Assembly: GCA_040307645.1 (NCBI GenBank)
Contig: JAWRJF010000096.1
Span: 8,054-72,053 of the forward strand
From: Anaerovoracaceae bacterium
GTDB lineage: Bacteria > Bacillota > Clostridia > Peptostreptococcales > Anaerovoracaceae
Length of the DNA stretch: 64,000 nt
Direction: 5' to 3'
The notes below the pieces were generated by a model, which searched no databases, was not told where the DNA came from, and saw only the letters and a list, made by a program, of their open reading frames with translations. The first letter of the stretch is position 1; each line of letters begins with the position of its first letter. Below, piece after piece: positions 1-9,345 of this stretch. The position numbers and the translations under genes were made by a program.

Positions 1-679
1 CAAGTACTTTTATTTCTCCATCATAACATCTTGACTCCATTGAATCATATAATGCATTGGACCTTTTCATTGCTCTTATAAAGAGTACTGATACCATAGC
101 TCCAAAGGATTTTATGGAGGTTTTAAAATCTTTATGACCTAATCTTGACTTTTGAGAAGTTGATATATAGTAAGCTATATCTAGCAAAACGAATATATAT
201 CTGTATATCAAAAGCATAAGTTCTACAATAAGTGCTGGACATTTCAGTTTTCTAAGCACAGTTAAAATATCCGTCATCGGTGTATTCAAAGACAGAAAAT
301 ACAAAGAGGATACAGCCGCCAATGCCGTAAGTATTAGCTGAACACCATGAATAATCGATGTCCACCCTCCTGTTATATAAAAACTCCCAATCGGTATTGC
401 AAAAGCATCCAAAGGGTTTTGGGAAATATTTACGATTATAGCTACTGTGCTAAGAATTAAAAATGCCAATGGAATTAACATCAGATTATTATATCTTTTA
501 TACGGGATCCCCCCAAATTTAATTGTGAGAATCCCATTAACTAATAAAACCAATATTGCCATTACAATGGAACGACTTACTATGCAAAATATTAACGTAA
601 GCATTGCAAAGGCGAACTTTTCCAAGGGATTTACATATCTTAGTTTTGACAAGTAGCATAGCTTGTCAATTAAAATCAT
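1..679 (-). CDS. cbiQ: Cobalt ECF transporter transmembrane component CbiQ (3' end runs off the left window edge)
   Basis: My own translation from the ATG at 677-679: MILIDKLCYLSKLRYVNPLEKFAFAMLT...SMESRCYDGEIKVL. It is open to position 1 and multi-TM hydrophobic. It follows cbiM-cbiN directly. It is absent from the ORF track because no stop codon lies inside the window. Confidence 0.7.
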   Translation of the reverse strand, partial: MILIDKLCYLSKLRYVNPLEKFAFAMLTLIFCIVSRSIVMAILVLLVNGILTIKFGGIPYKRYNNLMLIPLAFLILSTVAIIVNISQNPLDAFAIPIGSFYITGGWTSIIHGVQLILTALAAVSSLYFLSLNTPMTDILTVLRKLKCPALIVELMLLIYRYIFVLLDIAYYISTSQKSRLGHKDFKTSIKSFGAMVSVLFIRAMKRSNALYDSMESRCYDGEIKVL

Positions 680-685
680 ATGTTA

Positions 686-1024
686 TTATTCCTTATCTTC
701 TTCGTTTTCTTTTTTAGTCCATTTGCTTCTTTCATAAAAACGACCCATGAAAAAAGCTAAAATACCTACTCCGATTCCAGTCTGTACACAGAAAATCAAA
801 CTCTCTATTTCTCCAGGGAGTTCACCTCCAAGATACTGTTCTAATACAGGAGTAAACCAAGGTTCATAAGCTTCTCCCTGAATTTCTTCAACTACAACAC
901 TTCCTGCGTCGTCAGAACCTCCAAATTCAGCTCCTTTTAAAGCAAATAGCGGAACTATCGCCATTAATACTGCTACAACTAACAGTATTATAACAAGCTT
1001 TTTATTACTTTTTTTATTACTCAT
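686..1024 (-). CDS. cbiN: Cobalt transport protein CbiN
   Basis: 112 aa with two TM segments flanking an acidic loop. It overlaps the end of cbiM by 8 nt, in the usual cbiM-cbiN-cbiQ order. Confidence 0.8.
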   Translation of the reverse strand: MSNKKSNKKLVIILLVVAVLMAIVPLFALKGAEFGGSDDAGSVVVEEIQGEAYEPWFTPVLEQYLGGELPGEIESLIFCVQTGIGVGILAFFMGRFYERSKWTKKENEEDKE

Positions 1025-1772
1025 TTTTGCCCTCCTTTATAAAACCAATAGCTTTTAATTCTGGTCTTGCAAAGGACTCTAGTCCAATTATTATTAACAC
1101 TGTCAATATACCTTCAATGATTGCAAGAGGAAGCTGTGTCGGTGCAAATACTGCTAAGAATTTGCCAAAGGATGCCATAATACCGCCAACTTCTGAAGGA
1201 TGCGCTAAAGCAAGTTGCAAACTTGTAACACAATATGTAAAGATATCACCTATCATTGCAGCTAAAAATATTGACACTTTTTTATTTACTTTTAAACCTG
1301 TACAAAGTTTATAAATACCGTATGATACGAAAGGTCCAGCAATTGCCATAGAAAAAGTATTAGCTCCAAGAGTAGTAAGGCCTCCGTGGGCAAGTAAAAT
1401 TGCCTGGAAAAGCAGTACTATTATACCAAGAATACTTACAGCAGCCGGTCCAAATAAAATCGCCCCAAGGCCAGTTCCTGTCATATGTGAACAACTACCT
1501 GTTACTGACGGAATCTTTAGGGAGGATATTACAAAAATAAATGCTCCCGCCATTGCTAAAACTGTTATTACTTTTTTGTGCTCGTTTAAAGTCTTCTTTA
1601 TAGAAAAAAAACCTGCAACTAAAAACGGTAAGCTTATAGCTGCCCAGCCTATGCAATATGTTGGTGGTAAATATCCCTCCATAATATGCATTCCGCTAGC
1701 AGTAGGCACAATTCCAAATACCAAAGCTAATGCTGCAGTCAGCATTACAATTCTTTTCTGCCATTTTGTCAT
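1017..1772 (-). CDS. cbiM: Cobalt/nickel ECF transporter substrate component CbiM
   Basis: 251 aa. After the signal peptide it has the CbiM-type [10 protein letters not shown]-terminus, and it is a polytopic membrane protein. It sits immediately downstream of a cobalamin riboswitch. Confidence 0.9.
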   Translation of the reverse strand: MTKWQKRIVMLTAALALVFGIVPTASGMHIMEGYLPPTYCIGWAAISLPFLVAGFFSIKKTLNEHKKVITVLAMAGAFIFVISSLKIPSVTGSCSHMTGTGLGAILFGPAAVSILGIIVLLFQAILLAHGGLTTLGANTFSMAIAGPFVSYGIYKLCTGLKVNKKVSIFLAAMIGDIFTYCVTSLQLALAHPSEVGGIMASFGKFLAVFAPTQLPLAIIEGILTVLIIIGLESFARPELKAIGFIKEGKNE

Positions 1773-1805
1773 TAGTTATACTCCTCTCTTTTTTTCATAA
1801 TAACA

Positions 1806-2075
1806 AAATACGCCTCATTCACTCTACTTGTGAATAGGCGTCTTACATGTAACCTTCATAAAAAAGGGCTACACGAATACACCTAGTCATCGTTCGTAAC
1901 TATGTGTAAATCGGCTGTAACAAGGTAGTTCTTCTGACTTCGACCTTAACGCAAAACACCTCGCCTTCCCAGTTTCCCAGTGGCTTATATGAGGGTTGCT
2001 ATGTCTTCACAGCGGCGCGACCGTGCAAGCTTTTACTTGCTTATCTTTTAACCCGAGTGGGACCTTCTCACATTC
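1806..2075 (-). promoter_or_regulatory. Cobalamin (B12) riboswitch with terminator-type expression platform
   Basis: Minus strand reads ...GAAGGTCCCACTCGGGTTAAAAG...GCACGGTCGCGCCGCTGTGAAG...AGCCACTGGGAAACTGGGAAGGCG. The GCCACTG B12-box lies at 1977-1984. A hairpin ACGCCTATTCAC/GTGAATGAGGCGT plus ATTTTGTT follows at about 1808-1845, just before cbiM. Confidence 0.75.
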
Positions 2076-2090
2076 AATTGTATAATAATT

Positions 2091-3890
2091 TTATACGGCT
2101 TTGCTAACTTTGTCAAGAGTTGCAACCATTACTGTTAAATCATCCCTTTCTTTAAGCTGATATTTCTCTGCAGCCTTATTTACAATCAGTTCAGCAATTG
2201 TCTCAGGGTCCTTGGTTGTCATCTCTTTTAACCTGCTGATAAGCCATTTACACCCTGGATCTTCTCTATCACAATCTGTTACACCATCTGATACCATTAC
2301 TAATAAATCGCCTTTTTTTAGTTTTACATCTATATACTCAAGTTTAAGTCCTCCTATTATGCCAATAGGTAGGGCTGGTGTCTTTACCATTTCCACCTGG
2401 TCACCATGCTTTATAAAGGAAGTCGCTGCCCCCATTTTAAATAGCTTTGCTCTTCCCGTCTTGTGGCTGATTATTGCAAGGTCTACGGTAGCAAAAATCT
2501 CTGATTGGGTTTTTGTAAGCATTATACCATTAATTGTTTTCATCGCCAGATCTACATCAAATCCGGCATCAAGTAGTTTTCCTAAGGTAGTTACAACTAG
2601 CTTGCTCTCAACCGCTGCTTTTTCGCCTTTGCCCATCCCATCACTTAGTATCAATGCCGTCTTATTATTTGACAAAGTCATAGTTAGACAACTGTCTCCT
2701 GATACGCCCTCCAAGGAATATTTTGCAATACCGGTTTCCGTTTTGTAGCTTGGCCCACATGGTGTCAATGTAGAATTTTTATCTAATATGGATATTATTT
2801 TATCTGCAACTTTCTCCATTCCTTTAAACTGATAAGAAATAATCTGTCTATCATCAGTAGCCATGCTGTAAAGTTGTCCTAGACTATTAAAATTTTCTTT
2901 TTGCCTTTCAATATCACATCTTAAACCTTCTAATCTTAGATCCATGTATGTAGTCTCTGTAGGCATAATTTTTTCTTTTGCCTTGAGGTATAATCTACTC
3001 AAAAATTGAGAGGGCACAGCTATTAAAACTGCGCTTGCTATGGCTACAATATAAAATTCTTCAGCATCAGCAAGGAAGAACACTCCACTTTGTGCAACAG
3101 CAAAAATAGTTTTCTGATATTGCCCTTTTGTCATTTTTCCTAAAAAATCGCCTGCAAGAAGACCTGTAGCTAAAAGCACTGCAAGGGTTTCCGGATGTTC
3201 AAAGGTATTTGTGATAATGCCTAGGGCAGAAAAACCGATGGGAACAATAATAGCACTACTAATACCTCTCTCGCTTTGCAAACCCACTGCAAAAAAAATA
3301 GTAAAGCCTAAGATTAAATCCTTTTGTCCTATGCCAAAAATACACAGGCACATGGCCAATACTATGCAAAGAGTTATTTCCTCAGCCGAAAATTCATTTT
3401 TATCGTGTTCTTTTGACAAAATAACTTTTGCCCCTACTTCGAATATATTTATAAGGACTGCAATTACAATAAGCTCTTTTATTAAAATCTCCGGTTTTAA
3501 TAAGTAGATCATATTACTTAAAATGAAATACATTGAATTGGTAGCCGCTGTTACGGCCAAGGTAATTGCCACTCTTTGAGCCGTGGTTAATTTGACGGTA
3601 TGCAAAAACAAGTAGAGTAAGCTGCAGACAACTATTGCTGCCAGATCGCCGTAGCAAAGAAGAGCCTTGTCATAATAGGTCATCATTGATAGCCATAATA
3701 CCGGCACTAAGTATATGTTTACTGTATTTATAGAAAGCATCACGGTAATCAAGGCTATGGCGCAAGGAAATGTGTTACCAAAAACAACTACTCTACCAAT
3801 CAAAAATGTTATAAGAATTGTAGAAAATATGACTTTGCCATTAATCTCTATACCACTTCGATGTAATTTTTTCTTCTGTATGTATTCCAT
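2091..3890 (-). CDS. spoIIE: Stage II sporulation protein E-like membrane PP2C phosphatase
   Basis: 599 aa. The N-terminal ~300 aa are polytopic membrane. The C-terminus is PP2C-like (GVSGDSC...ILSDGMGKGEKAA...MVSDGVTD). It is shorter than the ~800-aa canonical SpoIIE. Confidence 0.75.
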   Translation of the reverse strand: MEYIQKKKLHRSGIEINGKVIFSTILITFLIGRVVVFGNTFPCAIALITVMLSINTVNIYLVPVLWLSMMTYYDKALLCYGDLAAIVVCSLLYLFLHTVKLTTAQRVAITLAVTAATNSMYFILSNMIYLLKPEILIKELIVIAVLINIFEVGAKVILSKEHDKNEFSAEEITLCIVLAMCLCIFGIGQKDLILGFTIFFAVGLQSERGISSAIIVPIGFSALGIITNTFEHPETLAVLLATGLLAGDFLGKMTKGQYQKTIFAVAQSGVFFLADAEEFYIVAIASAVLIAVPSQFLSRLYLKAKEKIMPTETTYMDLRLEGLRCDIERQKENFNSLGQLYSMATDDRQIISYQFKGMEKVADKIISILDKNSTLTPCGPSYKTETGIAKYSLEGVSGDSCLTMTLSNNKTALILSDGMGKGEKAAVESKLVVTTLGKLLDAGFDVDLAMKTINGIMLTKTQSEIFATVDLAIISHKTGRAKLFKMGAATSFIKHGDQVEMVKTPALPIGIIGGLKLEYIDVKLKKGDLLVMVSDGVTDCDREDPGCKWLISRLKEMTTKDPETIAELIVNKAAEKYQLKERDDLTVMVATLDKVSKAV

Positions 3891-3956
3891 TTTTTATCTC
3901 CTCTCAACACTGTTTTACCTTCTCTGTCTATTTTACTCTTTCTACCTAAGCCTTTT

Positions 3957-3976
3957 TGTCGAATAGGGTTGTCGAA
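3957..3976. promoter_or_regulatory. Two perfect Spo0A 0A-boxes (TGTCGAA) upstream of spoIIE
   Basis: TGTCGAA occurs at 3957-3963 and 3970-3976, which is 67-86 nt upstream of the spoIIE ATG. On the gene strand each reads TTCGACA. Confidence 0.45.
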
Positions 3977-4039
3977 GTAAAATAATTTACATTCAATGGA
4001 AAAGAGGGTAAAAATATATAAGAGTTGACAAATGTCAAA

Positions 4040-4086
4040 AAACACAAAAAGTGGAGTTTTGAGATAAATTCTCTCAATAACTCCAC
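4040..4086 (-). terminator. Rho-independent terminator after tatD
   Basis: Stem AGTGGAGTT(TTGAGA)...(TCTCAA)AACTCCACT, followed on the minus strand by CTTTTTGTGTTTTTT. Confidence 0.7.
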
Positions 4087-4116
4087 TATAAACTCACGGG
4101 CTCTTTCCAATTGTGT

Positions 4117-4953
4117 TTATTTTATATCAAAAAACACTTTTGCGTTTTCAAGTGTTCTCTTAGCAGCCTCTTCAAAAGTAATCCCTTTTATTTCGGCAAC
4201 TTTTTCCAGTGTAAATCGGACATATGGAGATTTGTTTCTTTTTCCCCTATATGGCACTGGTGTCAGATATGGCATATCCGTTTCAACTAGAAGAAACTCA
4301 ATTGGTGTATGCTCCACAACCTCTACTGTTTTCCTGTTATTTTTATAGGTAACAGGTCCTGCAATTGATATAGTTGCTCCTAACTTAACATATTGTCTTG
4401 CCAGTTCCTTGCTGCCGGAAAAACAATGCAAAAGCACCCTGCTGTCACTTAGCTCCTCACCGCCTGGTCCCTTTCTTACCGGGAACCAGCTCTGACGTTC
4501 CTTAGAAAAGGCGCCCTCTTCCTTTAAGATTCTCAAGGTATCATCGTTGGCCTCTCTATCATGGATTACAATAGGCATCTTAAGCTGATTAGCCAGCTGA
4601 ATCTGCCTTCTGAACCAAAACTGCTGAGACTCTTTCTCTGTGTCTTCGTAATGATAATCAAGACCGATTTCTCCAATAGCCTTTACTTTATCTTTTTTCG
4701 CAAGACCCTTTATCAGCTCTAATATCATCTCATCCATTTCTTTAGTGTCGCTTGGGTGTACCCCAACTGCAGCATAACACCAGGAATTTTTTTCAGCATC
4801 TTTCGTTGCCTGAAGTGAGCTCTCAAGATCAAAACCGATATCCATTACATAAGATAAATCAGAAGCCTCAATTTCTTTAATCAAGGCTTCTCGTTGTTCA
4901 TCTGTAAAGGTATCGTTATTTATATGCGCATGTGAATCAAATAACATCTTCAA
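4117..4953 (-). CDS. tatD: TatD-family metal-dependent hydrolase/DNase
   Basis: 278 aa. MLFDSHAHIN start and later HCFSG and ETDMPYL motifs typical of TatD/YabD. Directly downstream of metG, as in Bacillus. Confidence 0.9.
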   Translation of the reverse strand: MKMLFDSHAHINNDTFTDEQREALIKEIEASDLSYVMDIGFDLESSLQATKDAEKNSWCYAAVGVHPSDTKEMDEMILELIKGLAKKDKVKAIGEIGLDYHYEDTEKESQQFWFRRQIQLANQLKMPIVIHDREANDDTLRILKEEGAFSKERQSWFPVRKGPGGEELSDSRVLLHCFSGSKELARQYVKLGATISIAGPVTYKNNRKTVEVVEHTPIEFLLVETDMPYLTPVPYRGKRNKSPYVRFTLEKVAEIKGITFEEAAKRTLENAKVFFDIK

Positions 4954-4970
4954 TACCTCTTTTATATATT

Positions 4971-6899
4971 TTAGCTTACTACTTCACCATCTGGGGCCTC
5001 AGTAGTTACAATTTCACATCTCTTACCATTTTCCGCAAAGAGAAGCATACCCTTTGATTCTAACCCTCTAAGCTTTCTTGGTTTTAGGTTTGCCACTACA
5101 ATTACCTTTTTACCAACCATTTCTTCCGGAGTGAAATCTTCCGCAACACCAGAGATAATCTGTCGCTTCTCGGTTCCCATCTTCACCTGGAATACTAATA
5201 GCTTATCAGCTTTAGGATGTTTCTCTGCACTTAGAATTGTACCGACTCTGAAATCTATTTTGTCGAAATCATCATATTCTATTTCCGGTTTCAATTCTAA
5301 TGGAATATTCTCTTCTTCAGGATTTTTACCTGCATTTTGCATTTCTTCAAGTTCTGCCAATTCTTTCTCAATATCCAGTCTAGGGAAGATTGGATTTCCC
5401 TTTTTAACCTGTTCTTGATACATCATTTCGAAATCAAAAGCGTCTTCCCACACAACATCTGCATACCAAAGTCCCATTTGCTTTCTGATTTCAGCAGAAG
5501 TAGTATGCATAAATGGATGGATTAAAATCGAAATGATTCTCAGCGATTCAGCTAAGTTATGAAGCACTGTATCTAACTCCGGTTTTTTAGCCTCATCCTT
5601 AGCAAGTACCCAAGGGGCCTTCTCGTCTATATATTTATTAGCTCTTCTAACTACGATCCAAATTTCTTCAAGTGCCATGTTAAAGGCAAATTTATCCATC
5701 TGTTCCTCAACCTTTGATGCTGCACCGGTTGCAATTGATTTTAGATCTTTATCTATATCATCCTCACCATGTGAATCAGGAACAACGCCTCCGTTATACT
5801 TTTCAATCATTGAAACAGTTCTTGAAACAAGATTTCCAAGGTCATTGGCAAGGTCGTAGTTCATTCTTTTTAGCATTACCTCATTGGTAAACACTCCATC
5901 TTGTCCAAAGGTATATTCTCTAAGCAAAAAGTATTTTAATGCGTCAATTCCATATCTTTCTATTAGCTTAACCGGATCTACAACGTTGCCTTTTGATTTA
6001 GACATTTTACCGCCTTCTAAAAGCAGCCATCCGTGACCTAAAACTTGTTTTGGAAGTGGAAGCTCCATTGACATCAACATTGCCGGCCAGATTATTGTGT
6101 GAAATCTTACTATTTCTTTTCCTACTAAATGAACGTTTACCGGCCAGTATTTTTCATATAGTTCAGGAGAATCCGGATATCCCAAAGCAGTGATATAGTT
6201 TGTAAGAGCATCAAGCCATACATATATTACATGCTTTTCATCAATTGGAACTGGAATACCCCAATCAAAGGTTGATCTTGATATACATAGGTCATCAAGG
6301 CCTTGTTTTACAAAAGCAAGCATTTCGTTTCTTCTTGATTCTGGCTGTAAAAATTGTGGATTGTTTTCGAATAAGTCTATTAATCTATCCTGATATTCAG
6401 ACAGTTTAAAGAAATAAGCCTCTTCTTTAGCTTTCTTTACCGGTCTGCCACAATCAGGGCAACATCCATCTACAAGTTGGCTTTCTGTCCAGAATGATTC
6501 GCAAGGAGTGCAGTACATTCCTTCATATTCACCTTTATATATATCGCCTTTTTCATATAATTTCATGAAGATTTTCTGTACTCTTTCTACATGTCTAGGT
6601 TCTGTAGTCCTAATAAAATCATCGTATGAAATCTCCATAGTTTTCCATAAGTCTTTAATTCCAGAAACTACACCATCTACATATTCCTGTGGTGATACGC
6701 CTTTTTCCTCTGCGATTGTCTGGATTTTCTGTCCATGCTCATCAGTACCGGTTAAAAATCTAACATCATACCCACACAGTCTCTTAAATCTAGCCATAGC
6801 ATCTGCCATAACTGTACAATAGGTGTGTCCTATATGAAGGTTTGAGCTTGGGTAGTAAATTGGGGTTGTAATATAATATTTTCCCTTTTTCTCTGTCAT
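4971..6899 (-). CDS. metG: Methionyl-tRNA synthetase
   Basis: 642 aa. HIGH motif (NLHIGH), KMSKS motif (KMSKSKGN), a zinc knuckle (CTPCESF...CPDCGR) and a C-terminal tRNA-binding (EMAP-like) domain. Confidence 0.95.
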   Translation of the reverse strand: MTEKKGKYYITTPIYYPSSNLHIGHTYCTVMADAMARFKRLCGYDVRFLTGTDEHGQKIQTIAEEKGVSPQEYVDGVVSGIKDLWKTMEISYDDFIRTTEPRHVERVQKIFMKLYEKGDIYKGEYEGMYCTPCESFWTESQLVDGCCPDCGRPVKKAKEEAYFFKLSEYQDRLIDLFENNPQFLQPESRRNEMLAFVKQGLDDLCISRSTFDWGIPVPIDEKHVIYVWLDALTNYITALGYPDSPELYEKYWPVNVHLVGKEIVRFHTIIWPAMLMSMELPLPKQVLGHGWLLLEGGKMSKSKGNVVDPVKLIERYGIDALKYFLLREYTFGQDGVFTNEVMLKRMNYDLANDLGNLVSRTVSMIEKYNGGVVPDSHGEDDIDKDLKSIATGAASKVEEQMDKFAFNMALEEIWIVVRRANKYIDEKAPWVLAKDEAKKPELDTVLHNLAESLRIISILIHPFMHTTSAEIRKQMGLWYADVVWEDAFDFEMMYQEQVKKGNPIFPRLDIEKELAELEEMQNAGKNPEEENIPLELKPEIEYDDFDKIDFRVGTILSAEKHPKADKLLVFQVKMGTEKRQIISGVAEDFTPEEMVGKKVIVVANLKPRKLRGLESKGMLLFAENGKRCEIVTTEAPDGEVVS

Positions 6900-6986
6900 T
6901 TTTAAATCTTCCTTTCGTCTCCCTATCGAATGAGATAGGGTAGTTATTACCTTTTAGGATACCATATTCTAGCTAAAAATAAAAGG

Positions 6987-7378
6987 GCCATATGCCCGAC
7001 TTTTTAAAGGCTCTATAATAAATGCTGAGTCCTTGGTTTTTTTGGTTCCCTGAGCCGCAGTTTTTCTTCGATTTGAATTTCACAAGAGCTGGCTTTTATA
7101 GTTAATTTTTAGGGATTTAAGGGCTTTAAGGGATTTAAGAGATTTATCACAAAGCTCTACTTTCACGGTTTTTTGAGCTGTCTGGGATAAAAATTTATCC
7201 CCGATTTTCGTCAGATTGCTACTTTGTGATAAACCGAATAATATAACATCATTTATTTGACTTAGATCAAGTAACAAAACTGGACGCATGAAAATGCGTC
7301 CAGAAAGTCATTTTTTTATTAAATTGTTTGTCACCCCACCATTTGGTAACGAGACTTTTTAAAAGTCTGGCATATGGC
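6987..7378. repeat. ORF-less 392-bp segment bounded by ~24-nt imperfect inverted repeats (MITE-like), containing a 4 x 9-bp tandem repeat
   Basis: Left end GCCATATGCCCGACTTTTTAAAGG (6987-7010). The reverse complement of the right end (7351-7378) reads GCCATATGCCAGACTTTTAAAAAG. Tandem GGGATTTAA/GGGCTTTAA/GGGATTTAA/GAGATTTAT at 7112-7147. Confidence 0.35.
7272..7303 (-). terminator. Rho-independent terminator after the 74-aa gene; member of a dispersed ~55-nt repeat
   Basis: CTGGACGC-ATTTTCAT-GCGTCCAG followed by TTTTGTT on the minus strand. The same stem and trailing sequence recur at 35961-36013 on the plus strand. Confidence 0.7.
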
Positions 7379-7397
7379 TTCTACAGTTAACAATTAA

Positions 7398-7622
7398 TTA
7401 GTCTATATCTTCCTCTGACAAGTCTTCTCCTGCCCATTCTTCATCAGGCCAATCTTCATTAATAAAGATTTTTTTCATGATTCTGTCCATCCCAACCACT
7501 ACAGTTGTTCCAGCAACAAATCCAATTCCAAGGATTGCTAAAGCCGCCTTTGCTGCCTTAGAAGGTTTCTTTCTTCCAGTATCAGCCTTGTTTGGGTTTA
7601 GTTCAAATTTACTCTTTTTCAT
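7398..7622 (-). CDS. Small single-pass membrane protein, hypothetical
   Basis: 74 aa. Basic N-terminus, one TM segment (AALAILGIGFVAGTTVVVG), acidic tail. A GGAGG RBS precedes the ATG and its own terminator follows. Confidence 0.55.
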   Translation of the reverse strand: MKKSKFELNPNKADTGRKKPSKAAKAALAILGIGFVAGTTVVVGMDRIMKKIFINEDWPDEEWAGEDLSEEDID

Positions 7623-7646
7623 AAGTTCCTCCTTATCTTCACACTA

Positions 7647-8261
7647 TTATCTATATGACCTATTTTTTATGTAGCTGGCAATTAATGTTGCCGCTTCCTC
7701 CTCATTAATATAGCTAGAGTTAATAGCAATATTATAATTATGGTAATCGCCCCACTTCTGGCATGTATGATAATTATAATAATTCTGCCTTGCCTTGTCG
7801 TAGTCCCCTACAACCTCTTTAGCCTTTTTAGAATCTTCCCCATAAACATCAATGGCTCTTTTAATTCTATCTTCTATCTCACCATAGATGAAGACGTTTG
7901 TAACACCAGGCATATCATTTAGTACATAATCTGCACATCGTCCAACAATCACCCCTTCACCGGTTTCACCAATCTGCTTAATCACTTCAAACTGCGCTAA
8001 AAACAGCCTTTCATTCATGGACAAAGCATCCCTTGTAATCCCATCTCCGAAATTGATTGCAGAAGAAAGGCTATAAGAAAAACTACTCTTTGCCCTTAGC
8101 TCTGCACCTTCAACAATTTCTCTAGCTAGACCGCTTTTTTTAACAGCCATCTCTATTATCTCTCTATCATAAAATGGTACTCCCAGCTTTTCAGCTAGCA
8201 ACTTACCAATAATTCTTCCACCACTGCCATATTCTCTACTTATTGTAACCAGTTTCTTCAT
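7647..8261 (-). CDS. Cytidylate kinase-like family protein (P-loop)
   Basis: 204 aa. The N-terminal ISREYGSGGRIIG glycine-rich loop is typical of the cytidylate-kinase-like AAA family common in Clostridia. Confidence 0.7.
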   Translation of the reverse strand: MKKLVTISREYGSGGRIIGKLLAEKLGVPFYDREIIEMAVKKSGLAREIVEGAELRAKSSFSYSLSSAINFGDGITRDALSMNERLFLAQFEVIKQIGETGEGVIVGRCADYVLNDMPGVTNVFIYGEIEDRIKRAIDVYGEDSKKAKEVVGDYDKARQNYYNYHTCQKWGDYHNYNIAINSSYINEEEAATLIASYIKNRSYR

Positions 8262-8416
8262 AACAGCTTCCTCCTAAGATTCTTTTATACTATTATATAC
8301 CTTTTATGGTTGAAAGAAAACCTAAATATTTTGTCAACTTTTTATGGTGCGTTATCTTCATTATGTATGTTAATGTTGAAGTGTAAAACCATGCCCGCTA
8401 ATTGAAATTATCATTG

Positions 8417-8488
8417 GATTTGCGACTGACTTTTTGAAAATACGGAAAACCAGTCGCAATTTCTTCTTTCTAGAGATAAAACGGACAG
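8417..8488. repeat. Hairpin-containing direct repeat, copy A
   Basis: GATTTGCGACTGACTTTTTGAAAATACGGAAAACCAGTCGCAATTTCTTC... The stem is TTGCGACTG (8420-8428) paired with CAGTCGCAA (8451-8459). Confidence 0.6.
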
Positions 8489-8653
8489 TTTTTTGCCTTT
8501 TAATGGAAGTTTATGTAAGAAAAGAGTAACAAACAAGGCCTTTATGTAAGTTAAAGCAATTTATGTAAAATATATACTGTGAATTTATGTCAATAACAAC
8601 CAATTAAGGAGTAAAAGACCTTAAAACTTACCCACAAAATGTTTTTACCATAC

Positions 8654-8734
8654 GATTTGCGACTGACTTTTTGAAAATATGGAAACCGAGTAAATCCAGT
8701 CGCAATTCCCTCTCTCGAAAAAGAAAGTGGGCAG
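8654..8734. repeat. Hairpin-containing direct repeat, copy B
   Basis: GATTTGCGACTGACTTTTTGAAAATATGGAAACCGAGTAAATCCAGTCGCAATTCCCTC... The 9-bp stem (8657-8665 / 8697-8705) is identical to copy A. The loop carries an indel relative to copy A. Confidence 0.6.
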
Positions 8735-8777
8735 ATCTAAAGTAGTTGACAACGCTAAAATATTTTCTATAAATATT

Positions 8778-8817
8778 TTAGTTGTTTTTGCAACTAATTA
8801 GTTGACAATGCAACTAA
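8778..8817. promoter_or_regulatory. Two abutting 20-bp palindromes TTAGTTG-N6-CAACTAA (probable MarR operators) overlapping a TTGACA-N17-TATACT promoter
   Basis: TTAGTTGTTTTTGCAACTAA at 8778-8797 and TTAGTTGACAATGCAACTAA at 8798-8817. The -35 TTGACA is at 8802-8807 and the -10 TATACT at 8825-8830, immediately upstream of marR. Confidence 0.5.
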
Positions 8818-8868
8818 TTGGGTTTATACTCTCACCTATGTAAAAAAAAAGAAAGGGATGAAATTAAA

Positions 8869-9342
8869 ATGGATAATTGGTTAAGGTTATTTCCTGAAAT
8901 CAATAAATTGACTTTTGCAGCTTTTCATAAAGAGTTGAAAGATAGCGGAATTTCAAGTACACAAGCACCCTATTTAATGTGTGTTGCACATTTTGAAGGC
9001 TGTTCGCAAGATAAATTAGTTAAAGTTTTACGAATTGATAAAGGCTGTGTAGCTAAGACTATAAAGCAGATGGAAGAACGTGGTTATATTGAAAGAAAGC
9101 CTGACCCTAAAGATAAAAGAGGGAATATGCTTTACCTTACAGACCAAAGTCGTCAACTGGTTACAAAATTAAAGGAAACCGAGAAAAAGTTAAAAGACAC
9201 TTTGACAAAAGGGATGACCACTGAAGAAGTAGATCAGATGATTGACTTGTTAAAAAGGGCAGCTGCAAATCTTTATTATGCTATTGACTGGGATTATCCA
9301 CCAATGTTTTGCCATTCTAAATTTGAAAAAGGGGAGATTTAA
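8869..9342 (+). CDS. MarR-family transcriptional regulator
   Basis: Winged-helix region (SSTQAPYLMCVAHFEGCSQDKLVKVLRIDKGCVAKTIKQMEERGYIERKPDPKDKRG). I chose the start at the ATG at 8869, because the track start at 8818 lies inside the promoter/operator. Confidence 0.85.
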   Translation: MDNWLRLFPEINKLTFAAFHKELKDSGISSTQAPYLMCVAHFEGCSQDKLVKVLRIDKGCVAKTIKQMEERGYIERKPDPKDKRGNMLYLTDQSRQLVTKLKETEKKLKDTLTKGMTTEEVDQMIDLLKRAAANLYYAIDWDYPPMFCHSKFEKGEI

Positions 9343-9345
9343 TAT

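Noticed and set aside
7080-7289. 69-aa ORF on the minus strand (MRPVLLLDLSQ...SLKSLKALKSLK...)
   Set aside because: Its start codon lies inside the stem of the CTGGACGC/GCGTCCAG terminator and it has no RBS. Its only notable feature, the SLK repeats, is just the translation of the 9-bp tandem DNA repeat. I treat it as non-coding sequence of the 6987-7378 segment.
7112-8734. CRISPR array
   Set aside because: The repeats are a 4 x 9-bp tandem, two ~70-bp hairpin repeats and four 9-mers. There is no regular 25-40-bp repeat/spacer periodicity, and no cas genes are in the window.
8818-8868. Track start of the MarR ORF (MGLYSHLCKKKERDEIK extension)
   Set aside because: The extension overlaps the operator palindromes and the -10 box. 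The ATG at 8869 has an upstream purine-rich RBS and gives a normal-length MarR protein.
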